NCBI GenBank assembly: GCA_963845515.1
Contig: CAWJSR010000045.1
Coordinates: forward strand, 32,001 to 96,000
Length of the DNA: 64,000 nt
Origin: an uncultured delta proteobacterium
GTDB taxonomy: Bacteria > Myxococcota > Myxococcia > Myxococcales > Anaeromyxobacteraceae
Direction: 5' to 3'
The first letter of the stretch is position 1. Each line of letters begins with the position of its first letter. Below, piece by piece: positions 1-9,242 of the stretch. The notes beneath the pieces were generated by a model that was not told the origin of the DNA, searched no databases, and was given only the letters and a program-made list of their open reading frames with translations. Position numbers and translations under genes: made by a program.

Positions 1-2
1 TC

Positions 3-323
3 GCTGAGCACCGGGCGCGCATCTCGGCGAGGGGCTCCTACGGCGCGTCGCAGCAGCTCGGCACCGAGATGCGCGAGGCCGGCGTCGAGGCCTTCCGCTA
101 CTCGTCGGCGCGGGATCCGGCGGGAGGCACCAACGTGGGCGTCTTCACCCCCGCCGCCTTCGCCGCGAGGAGGCCGAGGGGGCCGGCCGAGACGTGGCAC
201 TGCACCGTCACCGAGGCCGGCGACGTGGAGTGGGTCCGTCAGGACGCCGTCGCGGTGCGCCGGCTGCGCCATGCGCGCGCCGGCTTCCTGGTGCGCGGGA
301 AGCTGCCGGCGCCGGCGGTGTAG
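3..323 (+). CDS. RES-domain toxin (NAD+ phosphorylase family), C-terminal part; runs off the window start
   Basis: Frame open from position 3: ...SYGASQQLGTEMREAGVEAFRYSSARDPAGGTNVGVF..., typical RES C-terminal motif (Y..SQ..G..G..Y.S.R..N..VF). Confidence 0.8.
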   Translation, partial: AEHRARISARGSYGASQQLGTEMREAGVEAFRYSSARDPAGGTNVGVFTPAAFAARRPRGPAETWHCTVTEAGDVEWVRQDAVAVRRLRHARAGFLVRGKLPAPAV

Positions 324-356
324 ACCAGAGCGCCCGCCGCAGATGTATTGGCTGCT

Positions 357-395
357 CCCTCACCCTGACCCTCCCCCTCGATGCGGGGGAGGGGA
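357..395 (+). repeat. BoxC/PIT-type intrastrand-triplex palindromic repeat, copy 1
   Basis: CCCTCACCC-tga-CCCTCCCCC-tcgatgc-GGGGGAGGG; intergenic between the RES gene and the next TA pair. Confidence 0.8.
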
Positions 396-427
396 CGGTC
401 CGAGAGGAGCGCCCCTCGTCTGGCGGG

Positions 428-456
428 TTGCCGCCGCATGGCGCCGTGGGTACAAC
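428..456 (+). promoter_or_regulatory. sigma70-type promoter, probably leaderless transcript of the antitoxin
   Basis: TTGCCG (428-433), 17 nt, TACAAC (451-456), 7 nt, ATG at 464. Confidence 0.55.
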
Positions 457-463
457 GTCATGC

Positions 464-748
464 ATGGCTGGGAAGAAGATGAAGACGGGTGACCTGACGA
501 TTCGGCTCACGGCCGAGGAGCGGCGTGGCATCGAGAAGGCGGCCGAGGCCGTTCATCTGCCGGTCTCCACGTGGCTTCGCCAGCTGGCACTGCAGGAGGC
601 CGCGCGCCTTCGCGAGAGCGAGGAGCTGAAGGCGAGGCGAATGGAGTCGTGGGTTCGGCTGCGGAAGGTGCTCTGGAGCCTGCCGGCCGACGACGCCCAC
701 GCCGACGAGGTCGAACGCGCGCGCCGCGATGACTGGGGACGGCGTTGA
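464..748 (+). CDS. Ribbon-helix-helix antitoxin (DUF1778/VapB-like)
   Basis: LTIRLTAEERRGIEKAAEAVHLPVSTWLR RHH-like N-terminus; 4-nt overlap with the PIN gene. Confidence 0.7.
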   Translation: MAGKKMKTGDLTIRLTAEERRGIEKAAEAVHLPVSTWLRQLALQEAARLRESEELKARRMESWVRLRKVLWSLPADDAHADEVERARRDDWGRR

Positions 749-1132
749 GCCGGGTCCTGGTCGACACGTCGGTCTTCATCGAGACCGAGCGGCGCAACCT
801 GCAGGCGCTAGAGCGTCTCGACGAGCTGATGGACGAGGGCCCGGTCCCCGTCTCGGTGGTCACGGTGGTCGAGCTGCTCGCGAGCCCCACGCTGTCGGCC
901 GAACGGCGCCGCTTTTACGTCGACTTCTTCGCGGCGCAGGTCGAGGTGCTGCCCGCCAGCGCGGCGGGCGCCGTCGCGGGGCTCGACGCAGCCCTCGCGG
1001 CCGGCGGCGGCCCGCGCGCCAGACATCCTGATAGCCGGGACGGCGCTCGAGCACGGCCTGAAGGTGCTGACGGCGGACGCCGGCCTGGCGAGGCTGCTTG
1101 GGCCCGCGGCGGAGCTGTTGCGGGCGTCGTGA
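745..1132 (+). CDS. vapC: PIN-domain (VapC-like) toxin, frameshift near 1018
   Basis: VLVDTSVFI and VTVVELL in one frame; PDILIAGTALEHGLKVLTAD in the +1 frame, ending TGA 1130-1132; the break lies in a GCGC run. Confidence 0.8.
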
Positions 1133-1159
1133 GCCCGGTGGGGACGCAGCGCCGCTACG

Positions 1160-1628
1160 TCACGGCCACGGCGTCACGACGATGAAGAGGGCGACGCCGT
1201 CCTTCTCCTTCGCGACCTGGTGGACGATCCGCTGCCCCTTCTCGATCGTCACGCGCGACTGCGTGTTCTTCTGCGCCATCGCCACCTCGATCGTGACGAT
1301 GTCTGCCGCGGACCTCGACGACCGAGAGGGCGGCCTGGCCGCCGTCCGGCAGGTCTATGAAGGTCGACCGCCCCTGCGCGAGCGACGGGGTCTGATCCGA
1401 GACGAGCTCCCACCGCTGCCACGCCAGCGCCGAGACCTGCTTGCGCACGTCCTCCAGCCTGGGGTCGATCTGCGCCGGCGCGGCGCGCGACGCCTTCGCC
1501 ACGCGCACGCGGGCCGGGACGCCGTCGGCCGCCGCGGCGGCGCGCGGGGCGAGCAGCGCCATCGCCAGGGCGAACCCCGCGACCACGGCTCGAATGGGCT
1601 GGACCTTCCCCGGCTGGATCATTTGCAT
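1160..1628 (-). CDS. Secreted hypothetical protein, third gene of the ECF operon, frameshift near 1303
   Basis: Signal peptide (ALAMALLAPRAAAAA); shifted frame continues DIVTIEVAMAQKNTQSRVTIEKGQRIVHQ...FIVVTPWP stop. Confidence 0.65.
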
Positions 1629-1632
1629 CCCC

Positions 1633-2095
1633 TCACTCCGTGTCGCCCATCAGGACGACGGGTCCCTGATCGGTCTTCAGCACCATCGTCACGCCGCAGT
1701 CCGACGTCAACTCGAAGAGGTGCGGCTGCTGCCCGGGGGACGGCGTCCCCGCCTGAAAATAGACGACCAGTGCGGCGGCCGCAAAGGCCGGGACGATCGC
1801 CGAGATGGCGGCGCGCACCCGGTGGTGCGACACCCAGTCGAAGACCCGGCCGCGACGGTTGTGGCGGCGCGCCACCCGCGCCATGACGGCGTCGGTGAAC
1901 GGCGCGAAGTCGCGCTCGGCCGCCCTGGCCAGGAGCCCCTCGGCGAGGAGCCCGTCCGTGGCCAGGAAGGTCGCGTGGAGCGCCCTGCACTCCACGCAGT
2001 CGTCGAGGTGGCGCGCGAGCGCGGCGGCGTCCGCGGCCGTCGAGCTCGCCCGGCCTGGCGGTGAGCATCGGTGCGAAGCGAGTGCACTCGCTCAT
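1633..2095 (-). CDS. Zinc-binding (zf-HC2) transmembrane anti-sigma factor, frameshift near 2041
   Basis: MSECTRF start overlaps the sigma stop (ATGA); HLDDCVEC = HxxxCxxC; one TM helix (AISAIVPAFAAAALVVYF). Confidence 0.8.
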
Positions 2096-2724
2096 GATCC
2101 GCTCCCTCCCCTCTCCCGTTCCTCGTCCTGCCCGCCGCCGGGCTTCATGCCGGCGTAGTCGGCGAGCAGCACCTGCATCTTCTTCCTCGCGTGGAAGAGC
2201 CGGCTCATCACCGTGCCCTTCTGGATCCCGAGCCGCTCGGCCAGCTCCTCGTAGGAGAGCCCCTCCAGCTCGCGCAGCACCAGGATCTCGCGGTGGATCT
2301 CGGGCAGCTCCGACAGCGCCGCCTCCATCCGCCCCGCCAGCTCGCGGCGGAGCGCGTTGTCCCCCGGGTCCAGCCCGAGCGGCGTCGAGAGGATCCCCTC
2401 GCCGCCGCCCTGCAGCTGCGCCTCGGGGACGTCTTCGACCGAGTCCTTGAGCGTCCGGCGCTCGCGCCGCACGGAGTCGATGGAGAGGTGGCTCGTGATC
2501 CGGAACAGCCACTTCACGAAGGCCTCCTCACCCTCCAGCTCGGCGAGGTGGCCGTGGGCGCGCACGAAGGCCTCCTGGGCGACGTCCCAGGCGGTGTCTG
2601 TGTCTCGTACGATGCCGAGCGCCACGGCGTAGACCTTCCTCTGGTAGCGGACGACGAGGGCCTGGAAAGCCCGGTCATCCCCGGCTCGCGCCCTTCGAAC
2701 CAGCGAAAGATCGTCCGCTTCCAT
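2092..2724 (-). CDS. ECF sigma-70 factor
   Basis: Region 2 (AFQALVVRY..DVAQEAFVRA..WLFRI) and region 4 (LRELEGLSYEELAERLGIQKGTVMSRLFHARKK). Confidence 0.95.
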   Translation of the reverse strand: MEADDLSLVRRARAGDDRAFQALVVRYQRKVYAVALGIVRDTDTAWDVAQEAFVRAHGHLAELEGEEAFVKWLFRITSHLSIDSVRRERRTLKDSVEDVPEAQLQGGGEGILSTPLGLDPGDNALRRELAGRMEAALSELPEIHREILVLRELEGLSYEELAERLGIQKGTVMSRLFHARKKMQVLLADYAGMKPGGGQDEERERGGSGS

Positions 2725-2834
2725 CGACCGAGACGCTTCTCCTGTGACGTTATTCACTCCGGCGGGAGGGCACGGTAGCACGCCCGCCTCGCGGGGTGGG
2801 ATGCGGGCGGTTAGAGGGTTATTCTCCGTTCCCG

Positions 2835-5800
2835 ATGACCGTGGGATACGCCGAGATCGTCCGGGTGCTGGATGGCGCGAGGGGACGGCTCGTCCGGATC
2901 CTCGTCGGCGCCGCCACGCTCCGCGCGCTCGCCCAGGTGGTGGGCTGCCTCCTTGGGGGGGCCATGGGGCTGGCGGCCGGCGCCCGGATCGGCTTCGCGC
3001 GCCCCGTCACGCTCCTGGGCATGGCGATCGCCGTCGCGCTCGAGGCGTGGCGTTCGGTCCGCACCCTGCGGCTGGCGCGAAGCCCTGCCGCCGTCGCCCG
3101 CACCCTCACCGAGTCGGACGGCCCGCTCCGCTCCGCGGTCGTCTCCGCCGTGGAGCTGGGACGCGACCGCGGCCAGCTCGAGGCGTCCGGCCGCTTCTCG
3201 ATCGCGCTCCTCGATGCCCACGTGGAGCGGAGCGCGCGGTCCCTCGCCGCCGTCGACCTCCGCAGCGCACTCCCCGACCGCCCCGTCCGGCGCGCTGCGG
3301 CCGCACTGGGCGCGGTCCTGGGCGTCACGCTCCTCTCCGTCGCGATCGCCCCCTCCGCCGGTCGGCGGCGGGCTCCGGCGGATCCTCGCCGGCGATCCGG
3401 CGGCCTCGCGCCTCGCGCTCGACCCGATCACCGGCGACATCGAGCTGACGCTCCGCTACCCGGCATACATGAAGCGCGAGGCGAAATCGCTCTCCGGCAC
3501 CGGCGGCGAGATCCGCGCGCCGAAGGGGACCGAGGTCGAGCTGAAGACACGCGCCGACCGGCCAGTGAAGGGGGCGGAGCTCGAGGTGGAGCGGGCTGAA
3601 GGCGCCCCCTCACCCTCACCCTCTCCCCCGGTGGGGGAGAGGGGAGCGATCCCCCTGAAGGTTCCGCTCGCCGTCGCCGCCGAGCGTCAGCTCTCCGGCC
3701 GCTTCCTCGTCGCGGGGGCCGGCGCCTACCGGTTCCGCTTCCTCGACGGCCGGGGCCGCGCCGTCGCCGAGGGGCCGCCCATCCCGATCATCGTCGAGGC
3801 CGACGCCTTCCCGGAGGTCCGGATCACCGCGCCGGCACAGGAGGTCGAGGTGCAGCCCGGCGCCACCGTCAAGGTGGAGTGGCAGGCCTCCGACGACGTG
3901 GGGCTCGGCGAGCTCTCGCTCGTCTTGAAGGCGGCGGGCGGGCCGGAGCGGCGCACGCCGCTGCGCAGGTTCGAGGGGGCCCGGCGCGACGGCGGCGCCT
4001 TCGACCTGGACCTGGTGCCGCTCGCGCTGGGCGAAGGTGAGCGGCTCCTCTACTGGCTCGAGGCGACCGATGGCGACGCCGTCTCCGGACCCAAGAAGGG
4101 CGCGAGCGCCACCCACGTCGTGAAGATCTACAGCGAGGCGGAGCACCGCCGGAAGCTGATGGAGGCGGTCCGCGCCGCGTGGGAGGAGCTGGTCGGCGTG
4201 ACCGGCGACCACCTCGAGCTGGTCGCGCGCGGCAAGCTCCACACGGCGCAGCTGCTCCCGCTCGCCGAGGCGCTCGACGGCCGCGTCGCGCGCGTCCACG
4301 GGCGGCTGCGCGAGCTGGCGGCGACCATCCGCAAGGAGAAGGCCGGGCCGAAGGAGCTCGCCCGGGGGCTGGAGAACGCCGCCGGCTCGATCCGGCTCGC
4401 GGCGCAGCGGGTCAGCTCCACGCGCCAGACGCTCGCGCGGATGCTCCGCGAGGGGAAGCCCGCCGACGCGGGGCTCGCGTCGATGACCCGCCACTTCGAC
4501 GACCAGCTCGACGCCGAGCTGGAGCGCGCCATCCTCTATCTCGAGCAGCTCCTCGACAGGCAGCAGTCCCAGGACCTGGTGGAGATGGCGCGGGACCTCG
4601 CGAAGTCACGGCGCGACCTGGCAGACCTGCTCGACAAGTACCGGCGCGCGCCGAACGACGACGCGAGGCAGGAGCTGGTGGCGAGGATCTCGCGGATGAA
4701 GGAGCGGATGAACGACCTCCTCCGGCGCATGGCGGAGCAGGCCAAGGGGCTCTCCGACGAGCACATGAACCAGGACGCGCTCGCGGAGCTGGCGAAGTCG
4801 AAGGACGTCGCCGGCGGGCTCGACGCGGTGGAGGAGGCGCTCGCGCGCGGCGACGTCGAGGCGGCCATGAAGGCGCTCGACGAGATGGGCTCGGCGATGG
4901 ACGAGATGGTCGCCGGGCTGGAGCGGACGGCGGGGATGCCGTCCGAGAAGAACCGCGAGCTGGTGAAGGAGCTGCGGGAGTTCAAGAAGGAGCTGGACGG
5001 CCTGAGGGCGGACCAGCGGAAGCTCGGCGACGAGACGGAGAAGCTCCGCGAGGCGTGGCGCCAGCGGATGGCGGAGAAGATGAAGGACGCGGAGAAGGTC
5101 GCGTCCCGCCTCGAGCGGCTGGCGAAGGAGGCGGCCGACGCGGCCCGCGCGGCGGAGAAGGGGGCCCCCCGCCGCGCGCAGATCGACCTCGAGAACGCGC
5201 GGGAGGGGCTCGACGACGTGAAGCGGGCCCTCGCCGCGCGCGACATGCCCGCGGCGCTCGACGCCGCCCGCCAGGCGCTCGGTCCCGCGAGCCGGACCGC
5301 CATGATCCTGGAGGAGGAGGCGCAGATCGCCGAGCGGTACCAGGCGGCCGGCAGGAAGGACGCCGCGGAGGTCCGCGAGGCGCAGCGCCAGGCGGCCTCG
5401 GCGGTCCAGAAGGCCGACGCCATCCGGAGGGAGCTGGAGGGGCTCCTCCCGGATCCGGGCAAGCTCCTGTCGAAGGAGGAGCGGCAGCGGCTGGCGCAGC
5501 AGGGTCAGCGGCAGCAGGGGCTCGACCAGCGCGCCAGCGGCCTGCAGGGGAAGCTGTCCCAGCTCCAGGAGAAGGCGCCGATCTTCCCGCCGTCGGCGCA
5601 GGGGGCCATCGGCGAGGCGCGCGGCCACATGGGGCAGGCCTCCGGGGAGCTGCAGGGTGGCAACGTCCAGCGCGGCCGGGCCGAGCAGTCGGCTGCGCTG
5701 GAGGGGCTCGACCGCTTCGCGAAGGGGCTGGAGCAGATGGCCAAGGGCGGCGGCGCGGGCGGCGGCTTCCCGCTGCCGTTCGGCGCGGAGGGGATGGGCC

Positions 5801-5973
5801 AGGAGTCGGGCGACGGCCAGGACCCCTCGGCCGAGAAGGTGGAGATCCCCGGCGCGGAGGCGTGGCGCGGCCCTGCCGAGTTCCGGAAGGACCTGCTCGA
5901 CGCCATGAAGCAGGGGACGCCGCAGCGGTACGAGGGCGAAGTGAAGCGCTACTACGAGGAGCTGGTGAAATGA
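2835..5973 (+). CDS. DUF4175-like large membrane-anchored coiled-coil protein, frameshift near 3355
   Basis: N-terminal TM segments, Ig-like region (ASDDVGL), long coiled coil, C-terminal YEGEVKRYYEEL; two overlapping frames join near 3355. Confidence 0.75.
3607..3645 (+). repeat. Triplex-type repeat copy 2, in frame inside the DUF4175-like CDS
   Basis: CCCTCACCC-tca-CCCTCTCCCCC-ggt-GGGGGAGAGGG, translated as PSPSPSPPVGERG. Confidence 0.85.
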
Positions 5974-7301
5974 TCGCCGCCCTGCTCGCCCTCACGCTCG
6001 CCGCCCCGGCGCTCGATCCCGTCGCCGCCGGCGTCGAGCTGACGAAGGGCTGGACCGTCGTCGAGGGCACGCGCTTCACCGTCGTCCACCCGCCCGGGAA
6101 GGACGAGATCCTCGTCCCCTATCTCCTGGAGACGCTCGAGGCCCAGCGCGCGGCCATCGAGCGCGAGCTCGGGATAGAGGTCCCGGGGAAGGTCCGCGTC
6201 GAGATCCTCGACGGCGTCCGGTCGCTCGCGCGCCTCACCGGCCTCACCGAGGCCGAGATCCGCACCTCCGGCACCGTCGCGGTCGCGAAGTACGACAAGC
6301 TGATGATCCTGTCGCCCCGCCTCCTCGTGAAGGGGTACGACTGGCTCGACACCGCCGCCCACGAGTACGTCCACCACGCCGTCACCCTCCGCACGCACGA
6401 CCGGATGCCGGTCTGGCTCCACGAGGGGATCGCCAAGTGGTCCGAGACGCTCTGGCGCGGGAAGGGGGGAGAGTCCTGGAGCCCGTACTCCGCCGCGATC
6501 CTGGAGGCGGCCATCCAGAAGAAGAAGCTCGTCACCTTCGAGGAGATCCACCCCTCGATCGCGAAGCTCTCCGCGGACCGCGCGACGCTCGCCTTCGCCG
6601 AGGTGCTGCTGGCGGTGGAGCACCTCGTCCAGCAGGGCGGCCCCGGGGCGCTCCCGAACGTCATCGCGCTGGTCGCCGAGGGGAAGGACGCGCGCGACGC
6701 GATCGCCCTGGCCACCCACCGCCCCTGGCCGCAGTTCGAGGCGGGCTGGCGCGCCCACATGGCCGCGCGTCCGATGCCGCGCGGCGGTGAGCGCGAGCGG
6801 ATCCGGCTGCGCTTCCGCGACGACCCGAAGCAGGCCTCCGGCTGGTCCGAGTGGGCCGAGATCCCCGACGAGCGGGCGCGCGGCTTCGCCCGGCTCGGCC
6901 AGATCTTCCGCGAGCGCGGCAAGTGGGTCGCGGCGCGGGTCGAGTACCGCAAGGGCTACGAGCGCGTCGGGCCGAAGTGGGCCGTCCTCGCGGACCAGTA
7001 CGCGCTCGCCACGATGATGAGCGGCGACGACGCGGGGGCCGAGCAGATCCTCTCCGAGGCGCTCCGCCACAGCCCCGGCTACGCCGCCCTCCACGTCCAC
7101 CTCGCCCGCGTGCTCCTGAAGCAGGGCAAGTTCGCCGTCGCGCGCGACCAGCTCATCCTCGCCAACCGCGAGGATCCCTTCGACCCCGAGATCCACGCCG
7201 GCCTCGCGAAGGCCCTCGGCGCGCTCTCCGACCCGACCGGCGCCTCGCGCGAGGAGCGCTTCGCGCGGATACTGGCGGGCCAGGGGCCCCAGCACCCCTA
7301 A
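5970..7301 (+). CDS. Secreted peptidase MA-like zinc metallohydrolase with C-terminal TPR repeats
   Basis: Signal peptide; AHEYVH (HExxH) then [12 protein letters not shown]-like helices; ATGA overlap with the upstream gene. Confidence 0.8.
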   Translation: MIAALLALTLAAPALDPVAAGVELTKGWTVVEGTRFTVVHPPGKDEILVPYLLETLEAQRAAIERELGIEVPGKVRVEILDGVRSLARLTGLTEAEIRTSGTVAVAKYDKLMILSPRLLVKGYDWLDTAAHEYVHHAVTLRTHDRMPVWLHEGIAKWSETLWRGKGGESWSPYSAAILEAAIQKKKLVTFEEIHPSIAKLSADRATLAFAEVLLAVEHLVQQGGPGALPNVIALVAEGKDARDAIALATHRPWPQFEAGWRAHMAARPMPRGGERERIRLRFRDDPKQASGWSEWAEIPDERARGFARLGQIFRERGKWVAARVEYRKGYERVGPKWAVLADQYALATMMSGDDAGAEQILSEALRHSPGYAALHVHLARVLLKQGKFAVARDQLILANREDPFDPEIHAGLAKALGALSDPTGASREERFARILAGQGPQHP

Positions 7302-7329
7302 GAGACCTCAGAGAGACCTCAGGACCCCA

Positions 7330-8346
7330 ATGAACCCCATCGACGCCACCACTCCGATCCCCGCCGACGACCTCGCCGCCGTAGAGGCCCTCGCGCATGC
7401 CCGGGCTTCGCTGCTCGCCGAGATCGGCAAGCGCATCGTCGGCCAGCAGCAGGTCGTCGACTCGCTCCTCGTCGCCCTCTTCGCGCGCGGCCACTGCCTC
7501 TTCGTCGGGGTGCCGGGGCTCGCGAAGACGCTCCTCATCTCCACCGTCGCCGAGGTGCTCGACCTCTCCTTCAACCGGATCCAGTTCACCCCGGACCTCA
7601 TGCCGTCGGACATCACGGGCACCGACGTCCTGGAGGAGGACCACACGACCGGCAAGCGGGCCTTCAGGTTCGTGCGCGGGCCGATCTTCGCCAACCTCCT
7701 CCTCGCAGACGAGATCAACCGGACGCCGCCGAAGACGCAGGCGGCCCTCCTCCAGGCGATGCAGGAGTACCGGGTCACCGCTGGCGGCGAGACCTATCCG
7801 CTCGACCTCCCCTTCCTCGTCTTCGCCACGCAGAATCCCATCGAGCAGGAGGGCACCTACCCGCTCCCCGAGGCCCAGCTCGACCGGTTCATGTTCTACG
7901 TGACGGTCGACTACCCGAGCGCCGCCGACGAGGAGGAGATCGTCCGCTCCACGACGGTCGCGGCGCGGGCGAGGCTGACGCGCATCCTCTCGCCGGCACG
8001 GATCCGCGAGCTGCAGGAGCTCGTCCTCCGGGTGCCGGCGGCCGACCACGTCGTGAAGTACGCCGTGGAGCTGGTGCGAAAGACCCGCCCCGCCGATCCG
8101 GCCGCCCCCGCCTTCGTGAAGGAGAACGTCTCCTGGGGCGCGGGGCCGCGCGCCAGCCAGTACCTGATCCTCGGCGCGAAGAGCCGCGCCATCCTCGACG
8201 GCCGGATGGCGGCGAGCGTCGAGGACGTCCGGGCGCTCGCGCGCAACGTCCTCGTCCACCGCGTCCTCACCAACTTCCGCGCCGAGAGCGAGGGGATGAC
8301 GAGCGCGAGGATCGTCGACCGGCTGCTGGAGGAGACGCCGGCGTGA
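7330..8346 (+). CDS. moxR: MoxR family AAA+ ATPase
   Basis: [53 protein letters not shown]. Confidence 0.95.
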   Translation: MNPIDATTPIPADDLAAVEALAHARASLLAEIGKRIVGQQQVVDSLLVALFARGHCLFVGVPGLAKTLLISTVAEVLDLSFNRIQFTPDLMPSDITGTDVLEEDHTTGKRAFRFVRGPIFANLLLADEINRTPPKTQAALLQAMQEYRVTAGGETYPLDLPFLVFATQNPIEQEGTYPLPEAQLDRFMFYVTVDYPSAADEEEIVRSTTVAARARLTRILSPARIRELQELVLRVPAADHVVKYAVELVRKTRPADPAAPAFVKENVSWGAGPRASQYLILGAKSRAILDGRMAASVEDVRALARNVLVHRVLTNFRAESEGMTSARIVDRLLEETPA

Positions 8347-9242
8347 ACGGCCGCGGCCTCCTCGACCCGGCCGTCCTCGCCAAGCTCGGCGGCCTGAAGC
8401 TGCGCGTCAGGGCGATCACCGAGGGCGTGCTCACCGGCCTCCACCGCTCGCCCCACCACGGCCAGTCGGTCGAGTTCGCCGAGCACCGCGAGTACTCGCC
8501 TGGCGACGAGCTGCGCCACGTCGACTGGAAGGCCTACGCCCGCTTCGACAAGTACTACGTGAAGCGCTACGAGCAGGAGACCAACCTCCGCGCGCACCTG
8601 GTCGTCGACGCCTCCGGCTCGATGGGCTTCCGCGGCGCCGAGGACCGGCTCACCAAGCTCGAGTACGCGAGCGCGCTCGCCGCCAGCATGGCCTGGCTCC
8701 TCGTCCGGCAGCAGGACGCGGCCGGCCTGGTCCTCGCGAGCGATCGGGTGGTGCGCGCCATCGCGCCCCGCGCCGCCCCCAGCCACGTCTCGAACGTGGT
8801 CGAGGCGCTGGAGCAGGCGGTCCCGGCGGGCGAGACGCGGCTGGGCGTCGCCCTGGACTGGCTGGTCGAGAACGCCCGGCGGCGCTCGACGGTCGCCGTC
8901 TTCTCCGACCTGCTCGACGCCGACCCCGACCTCATGAGGCGGATCGCCCAGCTCGCGAAGCGCAAGCACGAGGTGACCCTCTTCCACGTCCTCGACCCTG
9001 CGGAGCTGGACTTCCCGTACGACGACCCGACCCTCTTCACGTCGATGGAGGACGGCCGCTCGGTCGAGGCGACGGGGCGCGACGTCCGGCGCGGCTACCT
9101 CGAGGAGCTGGGGAGCTGGCTCGCCGGCCTCCGGCGCGCCGCCGCGGAGGCGGACGTCGACTACGCCCTCTGCCGCACCGACGCGCCCCTCGACGAGGTG
9201 CTGCTCCCCTTCATCGCCCGTCGCGCGCGAAGCGCCGCATGA
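8343..9242 (+). CDS. DUF58 (VWA-like) protein
   Basis: [24 protein letters not shown] and VVDASGSM motifs. Confidence 0.93.
   Translation: MNGRGLLDPAVLAKLGGLKLRVRAITEGVLTGLHRSPHHGQSVEFAEHREYSPGDELRHVDWKAYARFDKYYVKRYEQETNLRAHLVVDASGSMGFRGAEDRLTKLEYASALAASMAWLLVRQQDAAGLVLASDRVVRAIAPRAAPSHVSNVVEALEQAVPAGETRLGVALDWLVENARRRSTVAVFSDLLDADPDLMRRIAQLAKRKHEVTLFHVLDPAELDFPYDDPTLFTSMEDGRSVEATGRDVRRGYLEELGSWLAGLRRAAAEADVDYALCRTDAPLDEVLLPFIARRARSAA

Noticed and set aside
4179..5969. Long Arg/Gly-rich N-terminal extensions in the ORF track (also 31032, 43370, 45840, 50001, 52246 ORFs)
   Set aside because: Off-frame read-through of neighbouring genes; better starts with motifs and signals lie downstream
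7301..7322. 11-bp tandem duplication AGAGACCTCAG x2
   Set aside because: Only two units and no spacers; not a CRISPR array, and no evidence for a function
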